From an uncultured Acidobacteriaceae bacterium (lineage in GTDB: Bacteria; Acidobacteriota; Terriglobia; Terriglobales; Acidobacteriaceae): a DNA stretch of 64,000 nt. Positions 20,804 through 32,501 of this stretch are shown here, one piece after another. The stretch is taken from positions 413,320 to 477,319 of the forward strand of contig CAWAEE010000016.1 in NCBI GenBank assembly GCA_963781125.1. Direction: 5' to 3'. The notes beneath the pieces are model-generated. The model was not told where the DNA came from. It searched no databases and worked only from the letters and a program-made list of their open reading frames with translations. The translations under genes and the position numbers were made by a program. The stretch's first letter is position 1; every line of letters begins with the position of its first letter.

Positions 20804-22196
20804 ATGCAGGAAACGGCCATCCAGAATCCCAGCGGAAGGCGTGAAGACCGACGCGATCATCCGCGCCGAACAGATCGAGAAGTACTACGCCCAGCCCAGC
20901 GAGAACCGCATTCAGGTCATCTCGGCGACCGATTTGAGCATCGTTCCCGGCGAGATTGTCGCCCTGCTGGGTCCGTCCGGCTCGGGCAAATCGACCATGC
21001 TGCGCATGCTCACCGGGCTTTCCACGGCCCTCGGCCGGGCAGGTCTACTGGCACGAGAAACCCATCGCCGACGCCGAAATCAACGTCTCGATCGTCTTCC
21101 AGAGCTTTGCGCTCTTTCCCTGGCTGACCGTGCTTGAAAACGTCGAAGCGCCCCTGCAGGCCCGCGGCGTGCCTCCGGACGAGCGCCGCGAGCGCAGCAT
21201 GAAGATGCTCGACACCGTCGGCCTGGACGGATTCGAAGCGGCCTATCCCAAAGGAGCTCTCCGGCGGCATGCGGCAGCGGGTCGGCTTTGCCCGCGCGCT
21301 GGTCGTCGAGCCCGAAGTGCTCTTCATGGACGAGCCCTTCTCCGCTCTCGACGTGCTGACCGCCGAGAACCTGCGCAGCGAACTGCTCGAGCTGTGGGCA
21401 AAGAAGACCATGCCCACGCAAGTCCGTCTTCATCGTGACCCACAACATCGAGGAAGCCGTGCTGCTGGCCGACCGCATCATCGTGCTGGGACGCAATCCC
21501 GGCCACATCCGCACCGATTTCCGCGTCCAGCTCGCGCAGCCGCGCGATCGCAAATCGGAGCCCTTCACGCAGCTGGTGGACTACATCTACAAGGTGCTGA
21601 CCCGGCCCGACGTCGCGCCCGACCGAGGCGCCCGATCATCAGCATCCCGGCCCGCGCCCGCGCGATCAGCGCCAGATGCACTACCAGATGCTGCCCCATG
21701 CGCGGCCCGGCGGCATCGCCGGACTGCTCGAACTGCTGCTCGACAAGGGCGGCCGCGACGACATCTACCGCCTCGCCGACGATCTCGCCTTCGAGATCGA
21801 CGATCTGCTGCCCATCGTGGACGCCGCGCAGTTGCTGGGCTTCCTCAAAGTCGAGGAAGGCGACGCGTCCATCACCGAAGCGGGCGCCGAGTTTGCCAAC
21901 TCCGAAATTCTGCGCCAGAAGGAGCTCTTCCGCGATGCGGCCATCGAGAACGTGCTGCTGCTGCGGCAGATCCGCCGCGCGCTCGAATCCAAGAGCGACC
22001 ACACCGTGCCCGAAGAGTTCTTCCTCGACATGCTCGACGAGCAATTCAGCGAAGAAGAGTCGCAGCGCCAGATGGAAACCGCCGATCAACTGGGGCCGCT
22101 ACGCCGAGCTGTTCGACTTCGATGCCGCGCGCCGCCGCTTCGTGATGCCCGATGCGCTTGAAGAAGAGATCGCCGCCAGCGAGGAAGACCGAGTGA
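20804..22196 (+). CDS. NitT/TauT-type ABC transporter ATP-binding protein with C-terminal AAA-associated domain (frameshifts)
   Basis: [43 protein letters not shown], and the C-terminal [10 protein letters not shown] motif. Confidence 0.88.
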
Positions 22197-23943
22197 AGCT
22201 GCCACCCTCTCGCCGTACGCTGGTCACCGCTCGCACCTGGCCCTTCTTCATCGACGTCGGGGTCGCGCGCCTGCGCGCTCGCTGTCTTCTTTGCCGTCGT
22301 CAGCACCGGCGACGTACTGGCTGGGCAAGCCCGATTCCCGTGGTGCCCATCTCGCACTCCATCGGCGCGCTGCCGGCTTATGCCTTCTACTCCATCGTGC
22401 GCATCGGCATCGCCTACCTGCTGAGCCTGACCTTCGCCGTCAGCTACGGCTACATGGCCGCCTACAACCCGCGCATCGAGGCGTGGATGATCGCCGTGCT
22501 CGACATCCTGCAGTCGATTCCCGTGCTCAGTTTCCTGCCGCCCGTCGTGCTGGCCATGGTCGCGCTCATTCCCGGCCATCAGATGGGCATCGAGATGGGC
22601 GTCGTCCTGCTCATCTTCACCGGCCAGGTGTGGAATCTCGCCTTCAGCTTTTACTCCTCGCTGAAGAGCATTCCGCGCGAGATGCTTGAAGCTTCGCGCA
22701 TCTATCGCTACTCGGCCTGGCAGCGTTTCTGGCAGCTCGAAATGCCCTATGCCACCATCGGCCTGGTCTGGAACTCCATCGTCTCGGTCGCCGGCGGCTG
22801 GTTCGCCCTGATGGCTTGCGAGATGTTCACCATGGGCGACCGCAACTTCCAGCTGCCTGGCCTGGGCAGCTATCTGCAGACCGCCGCGGATTCCGGCGAT
22901 GTCCGCGCGCTCGTGGCCGGATTCGCGGTCGTCATCCTGATCGTTGTGGCCACCGATCAGCTGGTCTGGCGGCCGCTGATTGCCTGGAGCGACAAGTTCA
23001 AATTCGAGCAGGTGGAGTCGGCCGACCGCGTGACTTCGCCGATCCTTGAGTCTGCTGCGGCGCTCGACTCTCTTCAGCTGCCTTCCCGGCCGCTCTGGTC
23101 CCGCATCGAGGAGCCAATCTATCGCCGTTTCGCACGCACGCAAGAGTGCCGCAGGTTGTGCATCCGCTCGATGAGGAGCCTTCGCGCAAGGCAGCATCCC
23201 CGGCGCTCTGGACGCTCGGCCGTCGTGGCCCTGACCGTACGTCGGCTGGGGAGCCCTGCAGGCGGTGCTGATGCTCCGCACGGTCACCTGGCCGGAGTTG
23301 CAACTGCTGCTCGAAGGCGCCGGCGCCACGTTTCTGCGCGTCAATGCCGCGCTGCTCATCTCTGCCGTCGTGGACGATTCCCGTTGGCGTGGCCATCGGC
23401 TTCAATCCCAAGCTGGCGCGCTTCATTCAGCCGGTCGCGCAGATTCTGGCTTCGGTCCCGGCCACGGCGTTCTTTCCCATCCTGCTCATTGGTCTGGTCA
23501 AGATCGGCGGCGGTCTGGGCATTGGCTCGATCGCCCTCATGCTGCTCGGCACGCAGTGGTACATCCTGTTCAACGTGATTGCCGGCGCCATGTCGATTCC
23601 TTCGGACCTGCGCGAGGTTACGTCGCTTTTCCACTTCACTCGCTGGCAGCGCTGGACCAGGCTGATTCTTCCCGGCATCTTTCCCTACCTCATTACCGGC
23701 ATGGTCACGGCATCGGGCGGCGCCTGGAACGCGTCGGTCTTCGCGGAGTATTCCCGCATGCCCGACCGCACGCTGCAGACCATCGGCCTCGGCGCGCAGA
23801 TCGATGCGGCCACCGACAGCGGCCGTTTCCCCATCCTGCTGCTGGCCACGATTTTCATCTCGCTGATGGTGGTTACCATGAATCGACTGGTTTGGCGAAG
23901 GCTCTACCGGCTGGCGGAAACGCGGTATAAACTCGAAGGCTAA
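22193..23943 (+). CDS. NitT/TauT-type ABC transporter permease with two TM modules (frameshifts)
   Basis: [43 protein letters not shown]. The GTG start overlaps the upstream TGA. Confidence 0.88.
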
Positions 23944-24095
23944 GGCGGTTCCCCAATGGGTGTAGAGCGAAATTGATGCTGCCAAGTGGCCTTTCTCAAG
24001 AAATGCCACTCGGCAGAATGTTGAACTCCACGAAATTGGGGAACTGCCCTAGCAGAGCAAGCAGGCCGATTCAGGCCTGCATCTGAGAGTGACGA

Positions 24096-25159
24096 ATGAT
24101 CCGAGTGGGGCTGGTGGGTTTTGGCATGGCAGGGCGTGTCTTTCATGCGCCTCTCATCTCTTCCGTCGAAGGACTGGAACTCGCAGCCGTTGTCGAACGC
24201 ACAACAGACAATGCTGCGCAACGTTATCCCGGGCATCACAACCTATCGCAGCTGGATGAATTGCTGGCGGACGCATCCATCAAATTGGTGGTCGTCGCCA
24301 CTCCGAATGCCACGCATTACGAAGTCGCCTTGCAAGCGCTCTCGAAGCCGCCAAGAACGTCGTCGTCGACAAGCCAATGGCCACTTCGTCTGCGCAAATC
24401 GCTGAGTTGATGCAATTGGCGGGCGGCATCGGCTTCAAGTTCATCCCGTTTCATAATCGCCGCTGGGACGGCGATTTCCTGACAATTCAAAATGTGCTTC
24501 GTGAAAAGTCTCTCGGTCAGCTTGTCCACTTTGCAATCCACTTTGGACCGCTGGCGTCCCGGCGTCTCTTCCCGCGGGTGGAAGGAAGAACCGGAACAAG
24601 GCGGCATCCTCCTCGACCTCGGCACTCACCTCGTCGATCAGGCGCTCACTCTCTTTGGCCTGCCGGGCTCCATCGGCGCCGAAGTGCTTCGCGAACGGGA
24701 TGGGGAAGGCGCGAACGATTCGTTCACGATACGACTCCATTACCTCACCGGCGCTGCGGTCACATTGAGCGCAAACTCTCTTTCATCACTGGCCCGTCCT
24801 CGCTTTCATCTTCGCGGCACCAAGGGCAACTACTGGAAGTGGGGACTCGACATCGCAAGAAGAAGCACTGACCAAAATCACGCGCATTGACGTCGCCCGA
24901 ATGGGGCAAGGAGCCACCCGATCATTGGGGCACCCTCTGCGTGGACACAGAGGGCAGCACGGTGACGAGGCCCGTCGAGCCCGTTCCCGGCGATTATCGG
25001 CTCTTCTACGCCGGAGTGCGCGATGCCCTGCTGGGCAACGGAAACCCTCCAGTAAGAGCCATCGATGCGTGGCGCACCGCGCGTGTTCTTGAATGGGCGC
25101 TGGAGAGTTCAAAGACCCACCGCGACGTCGAATGCGACTGGAGTATCGAGCCGAGTTAG
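24096..25159 (+). CDS. Gfo/Idh/MocA oxidoreductase, YdgJ-like (frameshifts)
   Basis: IRVGLVGFGMAGRVFHAP, VVVDKP, FHNRRWDGDF, DLGTHLVDQAL. Confidence 0.9.
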
Positions 25160-25251
25160 TCGAGAAATATGATATTTGAGCTAGAAAGCTATATGATAGT
25201 GAGTCTTCTTACTTAAGGATAACTCTGTTCCTCGCAGAAGACCGGATCGAG

Positions 25252-27954
25252 GTGTTTATGGGCCCTAACGACTGCTTGGTTCTCACGTCGGCTCGTTCAT
25301 TCAAAACTACTTCTCTGTTAATTACTTTGGCAATACTTCTAATCCTCACAGGCGCGGGGATGATGCTGGGTTGTGGAACAGGGGGAAGTGGTACTAAACA
25401 ACAGCAGAGCGTTCCGCCTTCCGGTCTGTCTTATGACAACCGTGGATTGGCAGTGATGAACTCGCCTATCAGCAACGACGTTCCTAACGTAACAGGCGTT
25501 GTAACCTCGTACACGGTCAGCCCCGCACTCCCAGCAGGCTTGAGCATCAGCAGTTCCACCGGGACGATCTCCGGCACTCCGACTGCTTTGACGGCCGGGA
25601 CATCCTACAATGTGAGCGCATCTAACAGCGCCGGCTCTACGTCAGCGACAATAAAAATCTCCGTTGCCGCACCACTGCAACCGCCTACCGCCCTCCTTTA
25701 CCCGCAAGCTGCAATTACAACTTTTGTGGGAGTTTCGATAACTCCAGACATTCCCGGCGGCTCAGGTGGTGCGATCAGTTCCTATACCGTCAGCCCCGCC
25801 CTTCCTCCGGGCTTGAATCTTAATAGCTCTACAGGTGTGATTTCTGGAATTCCGACCGCCGCCGCGGCAAGTACGACTTATGTCGTGAAAGGTTCCAACT
25901 CGGCGGGCAGAGTAACTGCATCGGTAAATCCGACCATTACAGTCAACGCGGCGCTCAGTGTCTTGTTACAGCTAGGTAATCAATACGGAATTAGCTCGCT
26001 TCAGTTCGCAAACTCCAGCATTCTTAGCGAGGGTGGCGGCCTATGGACCCTGTGGGATTACACCTCCGGCGCGATCCTGGCCAGCGGCAATGACGGAGTT
26101 CCCGGACAAGACTTTCCGGGCCAGGCCCAGATGGCGGGAACGACCGTTGCGATTGGCATCAGCGGCGGGGTTGAGGTTTTGTCGTCCGCGGATGGTCATA
26201 TGCTCAGCACAATCGCTTCTCCTGGATACGGGATAGAACTGGGCACGACATCACTGCTCCAGGACGACTCTAATTGGCAGCTAGCCTCCGACGGCAGCTA
26301 TATCGTCTACGAAACCCAATCGGGCCTCTACGTCTATTCGCCAGGCGGAAATCTGCTCTGTTCGCAACCTGGAAATTACAGGAATCAAGGAACGTGGGCC
26401 ATCTTTGCGGCTCCAGGCCAGGTGCAGGTCGCCAACGGTCCATCCGGCACCAACACCGTTCAGGTGATCTCCGTACCAAGTGGCGGATCCACCGTTAGCG
26501 CGGCGCCATACCAGGGAATGTTCGCCGGCTGGTTCACAGACGGCGGTCACTTCCTCACAACCCAGGGCGGTATCGTCTGGACCTACTCCAGTTCCGGCGT
26601 CGAGCAGTCGTCCGTTCAGCTGGCCATTCCATCCGGGGGCCTGGCCGAGTTTCCATTGCCTAATTTGGGCGGAACGGGTAACTGGATTTGGACCTTCGGA
26701 TATAATTCCTCTTCCCAGTTCGCGTTGAACATCTATCCCATCGGCAGCACAACTCCGGCGTTGACCGACGCGAGCGCTGACATGGCCGGATTTGCCGTTT
26801 CTGGAGCCACTCTCGCCGTCCTCCCTTTCTACCAAACCGTGAGCATCATCGACCTGTCGGGAACAACTCCTGTGAAGACCGATTACGCCGTCCCGCCACC
26901 AATTAACCACGCTTTCGCCCAGGAATATCCGGTGGTGCCGTTCGCGGCGGTCTCCAGCACCAAGTGGATAGCAGGAATCGACGGCTCTGGTGCTGGACCC
27001 ATGTCGGGTCTGATCCTCGACGGGGCCACCCTGTCAGGGAACACTCCTCGCTACATTGGCAATGGAGCCGCCTTGAGCATCGCCGGAAGCGATAACAACG
27101 TCGCAATTGCCACCGGAAACGGACAGATATCCTACTTCGATCCCGCCGACGCAACACCGTTGGGGTCCGTAGCTCTAATTTCTAACAAAGTTGAACTTTC
27201 TACGGATGGGAGCGTGCTCGCCGCGTCGTCTCAGGATTACTCCCTGCTCAACATCTATTCGCTTCCTTCCGGAACCGTCAGCAATAGTCTCACCTACTCT
27301 TCCCAATCCGCTCCGGGAGTCCTGACTGATTTCACTCTGTCCGGTTCGGCCACGACACTCGGGCAGATCGAGGATTATCAACCGAATAATCAGGTGAACA
27401 ACTACACATTGCAAGTTACTCCCATTTCAGGAAGCCCGGCCATCTTCTCTGTGACGCCGCAATATCCATATGGCTCCATCCTTCTTTCGCCGGACGGAAC
27501 ATTGGCCGCAGTGACCACCTGCACCTCGAACGCAGTACTTGAGTGCCCTGGAACCGGCGCTGTCTCCATCTACCAGAACGGTCAACCGATCGCCGCCGTT
27601 TCGGGTTCTGCGGTCGGTTGGATCGATAATGGCCGGTTGCTGGTAAATAACTACGGGCTCCCGGGAGATGCGGAGACCCCGGAATATATAGGCGCAACGA
27701 TCTATAGTCCGACAGGAACTTCACTGGCAACCCCGCCTTTACCGGCATTGCAAAGTATTCAGCCGGTAGACTCCGACACGGTCTACGCTCCGTCCAAGAA
27801 TGTAATCTACTGACTCACAACCGGTAAGGCGACTTGGACGAGCTCTTATCCGCCAGACTCCGGCAATCCTAATGGTTCGTACTGGATTGGCGCAGTCTCC
27901 GGTCAGTACGTCATATACGAGTGGAATGATCGAATAATCGCGGTCAACTATTGA
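25252..27954 (+). CDS. Large surface lipoprotein with putative Ig (He_PIG) domains and a beta-propeller-like region; in-frame TGA at 27811-27813
   Basis: Lipobox-like MMLGC, two copies of YTVSPALPxGLxxxSSTGxISGxPT, Ser/Thr/Gly-rich beta repeats. The frame stays open for 46 codons after the TGA. Confidence 0.8.
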
Positions 27955-28148
27955 TCGTTGTTGCACAACCGAATCGCCGGCCCATCATGGGTCGCCGATC
28001 GGCGTTATTGCCATCAGTTTCGTTTCTCTGTCGACCACAAGACACTCAAATTCGCCTTACGCTTCCCTCTGCTTCCGATTTCTTATCCAATCCTTGCAAC
28101 ACTCGCAGCTGAATGCGACTAAGTCAGCGAGCCCCGAAAAACCATCCC

Positions 28149-29630
28149 CTATTCCCTGTTCCCAGTTCCCGGCACCTTCTCCACCAACGGCACCCAGAAT
28201 CGAAACATCGTTCCCTCTGCGGGTGAACTCGAAACTTCGATCCCTCCGCCATGGGCGGCCAGGATCGCGCGCGTAATCGCCAGGCCCATCCCGGTGCCTT
28301 TCCCCTTGCCTGCGCTCTTCTTGCCGCGATAAAACTTCTCGAAGATCAGCGGCAGATCCAGCGCATCGATGCCGGGACCGTTGTCTTCCACGCTGAACTC
28401 AAGCCTGTCTCCGGCGCGGCGGCTGCGCAACGCGATGCGGCTGCCCGGCGGGCAATAGCGCGCCGCATTCTCGAGCAGATGGCGAGCACGCGGCCCAGCA
28501 GATGCGGATCGAACCACACGGGGTCGTCGGGCTCCTCCACATCGATGACCACGTGATGCGAGGCGAGCACTGCCTGCGACTCCTCCACTGCCTGTTCCAG
28601 AAGCGCGCGTGTGACTGTGGCTCGGCGTGAACCTGCACCACGTTGGCATCGATCTCGGCCATCTCGACCGCTTCGCCGATCAGCGCATCCAGCCGCGAGC
28701 TCTCTTCGTCCACGATGGCCACCAGATCCAGCTGCGCCGCCTCATCCAGTCCTTCTCCCTGCAGCAGGGTTGTTGCCGCCGCGCGAATCGACGTCAGCGG
28801 CGTGCGCAGCTCGTGCGTCATCGAGTCGATCAGTGCGGTGCGCAGCCGTTCGCCCTCGCGTGCGGCCTCAAGCCGCGCCGATGCCTCAATCGCAACTGCC
28901 CGCGTCAGCGCGATGGCCACCTGCGCGGTCATGGCTGTGGCCACCTCGCGCGAAAGCGTCGCCGGCCGCCAGCCCAATGCCCCCACCGGCCGCATCCCCA
29001 CCACCAGCGGCATCGCAGTAAAGTCTCCTGGTAAGGCATGCGTGGGTTGCAGCCCCATGCTCACGGCACTCAGGCTTGCCTGAATGCTCATCGGTAGCTC
29101 GGAAGTCGAAGAAAAAAACAGGTCCTCGTCGCGGGAATACAGAACCACGCCTTCCAGCGCGAAGATGCGGTCAATAATCCTCGGCAGTTCGCGGATCAGG
29201 CTCGCGGCATCTTCGTAAAGCATCATCTCCTGGCTCAACAGCGTAGAGGCGCTCCACATCTTCGCGGCGCTGCTCTGCCTGCAGTGCCTGGCTTCGTGCC
29301 CGTTCGGCCACGCGGCCCGCCACCAGCGAGCTGGCCAGAAACGAAAGCATCGCGACCCATTCCTGCCCCCCGGCAAGGCGAAGCGTGTGAAAAGGGGGCA
29401 GAAAGAAATAGTCGAAACAGAGCGCGCAGAGAACCGCGCTAAACAGCGAAACGACAATTCCCGCCTGGGTCGCAGTCCACACCACCAGCACCAGAAAGAC
29501 CAATCCCGCCGTCGGTCGAGCCGGCGCCGAGCCAGACCAGCAGCGCCGTGGCAAAACCAGCTGCAAGCGTGGCGCCCAGCCAGCGTACGGCGGCTCCCAG
29601 GTTGAAATTCAGCTCCATCGTCGTCTCCAT
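28149..29630 (-). CDS. kdpD: KdpD-like sensor kinase lacking the N-terminal KdpD/Usp domains (DUF4118-type TM region, GAF-like, HisKA, HATPase; frameshifts)
   Basis: CFDYFFLPPF TM motif, LIDSMTHELRTPLTSI, LLENAARY, VEDNGPG, GTGMGL; divergent from kdpE. Confidence 0.82.
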
Positions 29631-29685
29631 CGGAATCATACTGGCGCAGGCTGATGATGTAATCTTCCGCTGAAAGAAGAAAGAC

Positions 29686-30416
29686 ATGCCTGGAAGAATT
29701 CTGGTGATCGACGACGAGCCGCAGATCACGCGCGTGCTGCGCGCCGCGCTCTCCGCGCAGGGCTACGACGTGCGCACCGCCAACGATCCCGAGGAGGGAT
29801 TGCAGAGTCTTTCGCGAGTGGCCGCCCGACCTGGTCATAACCGACCTGATGATGCCGGGCATGAGCGGCGTGGAAGTTTGCCGCGCCATTCGCGCCACCG
29901 CGTCGACCCCGATGCTGGTGCTCTCGGTCCGCGATCATGAGCGCTCCAAGGTGGAGGCGCTCGACGCCGGCGCGGACGACTACGTCACCAAGCCCTTCAG
30001 CATTCAGGAACTGCTGGCCCGCGTGCGTGCCCACCTGCGCCGTGCTCCCGAGCGCACCACCGCCGCAATCGAAGCAGGCGACTTTGTGGTCGACGCGAAG
30101 GCGCACTCCATCACCGTGCAGGGCAAACCAGTCCACCTGACCCCCAAGGAATTCGATCTGCTGCTGCATCTGGCCCGCAATGCCGGCAAGGTGATGACCC
30201 ACCGCGCTCTGCTCACCGCGGTCTGGGGCGCGCAATCGGCCCATCAGCCCGAATATCTGCGCGTGTTTCGTGGGCCAGTTGCGCAAGAAACTTGAAAACG
30301 AAACCGGCCGCCAGTACATCCAGACCGAGCCGTGGGTGGGCTACCGGTTTATTCCCGAGGGCTGGCTCGGCAACGAAGAGATAAAGCCACGATTCCGCGC
30401 TGACAAAACGCTTTAG
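29686..30416 (+). CDS. kdpE: OmpR-family response regulator KdpE (frameshifts)
   Basis: ILVIDDEPQI, KVEALDAGADDYVTKPF, HLTPKEF, EYLRV, IQTEPWVGYRF; upstream of kdpFABC. Confidence 0.9.
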
Positions 30417-30446
30417 CGGCGTCTTTATTTTTTCCTTATAACTCCC
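30411..30446 (+). promoter_or_regulatory. Probable KdpE-binding T-rich direct repeats
   Basis: CTTTAG...CTTTATTTTTTCCTTATA, similar to the T-rich TTTA repeats bound by KdpE upstream of kdpFABC. Confidence 0.55.
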
Positions 30447-30553
30447 TTCTGCTCCCGCAACACCGCCTCAGCCAGAATCTGTTTTGGGCATCCGATTGTC
30501 CGTCGTCTTTGGCGCGCCAATCTGCGATCTGGGCTCGAAACAGAGGTATCGGA

Positions 30554-30640
30554 ATGCAAGATCTGACGATGGTTTTTTTCACAGTTGTTTTCTTCGTCTT
30601 GGCGTTTCTCTACGTCAAGGCATGCCAGAAGTTGAGGTAG
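30554..30640 (+). CDS. 28-aa hydrophobic membrane peptide preceding kdpF
   Basis: MQDLTMVFFTVVFFVLAFLYVKACQKLR*, preceded by GAGG; its own 3' end supplies a GAGG for kdpF. Confidence 0.7.
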   Translation: MQDLTMVFFTVVFFVLAFLYVKACQKLR

Positions 30641-30644
30641 ACCG

Positions 30645-30735
30645 ATGGATCTCGATCACTGCAGTCGCACTCATTCTTTCCATTCTGCTGCTGGCCTACC
30701 TCACCATCTCCTTGCTCTTTCCGGAGAAATTCTGA
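30645..30735 (+). CDS. kdpF: K+-transporting ATPase subunit F (1-nt indel after the start)
   Basis: ...ITAVALILSILLLAYLTISLLFPEKF*, with the YLxxxLxxPEKF signature; immediately before kdpA. Confidence 0.88.
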
Positions 30736-32466
30736 ATGACCGCCAATGGCTGGTTGCAATTTGCCATCTACTCCATCGTTCTGATCCTGACCGTCCGCCC
30801 GGTCGGCATCTATCTGGCGCGCGTCTTCGAGGGCGAGCGCACCTGGCTCGATCCCCTTCTTCGGCCCATCGAGCGGCTCATCTACAGGCTCTGCGGCGTA
30901 AATGCCGACCAAGAGATGAACTGGCGCGAATACGCATTCGCCATGCTGGGCTTCTCGGCCGTCAGCATGGTGCTGACCTACGCGCATCGAGCGCCTGCAG
31001 GCCGTTCTGCCCTGGAACCCGCAGCAGCTGGCCGCTGTCGGCACCGATCTCGCCTGGAACACCGCTGCCAGTTTCACCACCAACACCAACTGGCAGTTCT
31101 ACACGCCTGAAGCCACGATGAGCTATCTCACCGAGATGGTTGGTCTGGCGACGCACAATTTCTTCTCCGCGGCGGTGGGCATCGTGGTTGCCGTGGCGCT
31201 CATTCGCGGCATCAAGCGGACGAGTTCCGGCACCATCGGCAACTTCTGGGTCGATACGACGCGCACGTTGCTTTACATCCTGCTGCCGGCATCGTTCATC
31301 TACGCGCTGCTTGCTGGTCGCGCAGGGCGTTCCGCAAAACCTGCACGCCTACACCGTTGCGCACACCCTGGAAGGCCAGATCACAGACCATCGGACAAGG
31401 ACCCGTGGCTTCGCAGGAAGCCATCAAGATGCTGGGCACCAATGGCGGCGGATTCTTCAACGCCAACAGCGCGCATCCCGTACGAGAATCCGACGCCGTT
31501 TTCAAACTTCCTTCAGATCCTCTCCATCTTCATCATTCCCGCCGGCCTCACCTACACCCTGGGCCGCATGACCGGGTCTCCCGGGCACGGATGGGCGGTC
31601 TTTGCAGCGATGTTCATCTTGTTCGCGGCCGGATTCACGGCACGTCTACTGGGCCGAGGCGCATCCCCATCCACTGATTCACGGTGCGCAGCAGTCCGTC
31701 ACCGCGACTGCGCCCGGCGGCAACATGGAAGGCAAGGAAGTCCGCAACGGCATCGCCGAGACCGCGCTGTTCGCCACCATCACCACCGACGCCAGTTGCG
31801 GCGCGGTCAACGGCATGCACGACAGCTTTACTCCGCTGGGCGGCATGATTCCCCTCACCAACATCATGCTCGGCGAAGTGATCTTCGGCGGTGTTGGCGC
31901 CGGGCCTCTACGGCATGCTTGATCTTCGTCGTGCAGGCGGTCTTCATCGCAGGCCTCATGGTGGGCCGCACACCGGAGTACCTGGGCAAGAAGATCGAAT
32001 CCTACGACGTGAAGATGGCGATGCTTTACGTGCTCATCTTTCCGCTCATCATCCTTTCGTTCACCGCTATCTTCGTGCTCTCGCCCAACGTCGGGCTCGC
32101 CACAACCAACAACCCCGGTCCGCACGGGCTCAGCGAAATTCTTTACGCATTCACCTCTGGCGCCGGCAACAACGGCTCGGCTTTCGCCGGCCTCGGCCCC
32201 AACTGGTGGTACAACATCGCGATTGGGCTGGGACATGCTCATCGGGCGTTTCCTCATGATGATTCCTGTGCTGGCACTGGCCGGCAACCTGGCGCATGAA
32301 GAAGAGCGTTCCGCCCTCGCCCGGCACATTCCCGGTCAACACGCCGCTCTTCACTGTGCTGCTGGTCAGCGTGGTCCTCATCCTCGGCGCACTTACCTTC
32401 TTCCCGGCGCTGAGCCTGGGTCCGATCCTCGAGCACCTGCTGCTCAAAGCAGGCCAGCTTTTCTAA
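30736..32466 (+). CDS. kdpA: K+-transporting ATPase subunit A (frameshifts)
   Basis: [46 protein letters not shown]. Confidence 0.95.
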
Positions 32467-32501
32467 ATGACTGCGTACGGGAGCAACGAGACAGACACGC
32501 C

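Noticed and set aside
21269-23578. 769-aa ATPase-permease fusion ORF
   Set aside because: It is a mosaic of frames. A GTGA stop/start overlap at 22193-22196 indicates two genes joined by an indel.
28150-28170. Heptamer repeats TATTCCC/TGTTCCC/AGTTCCC at the end of the kdpD-like gene
   Set aside because: Only three degenerate copies; too short to support a function.
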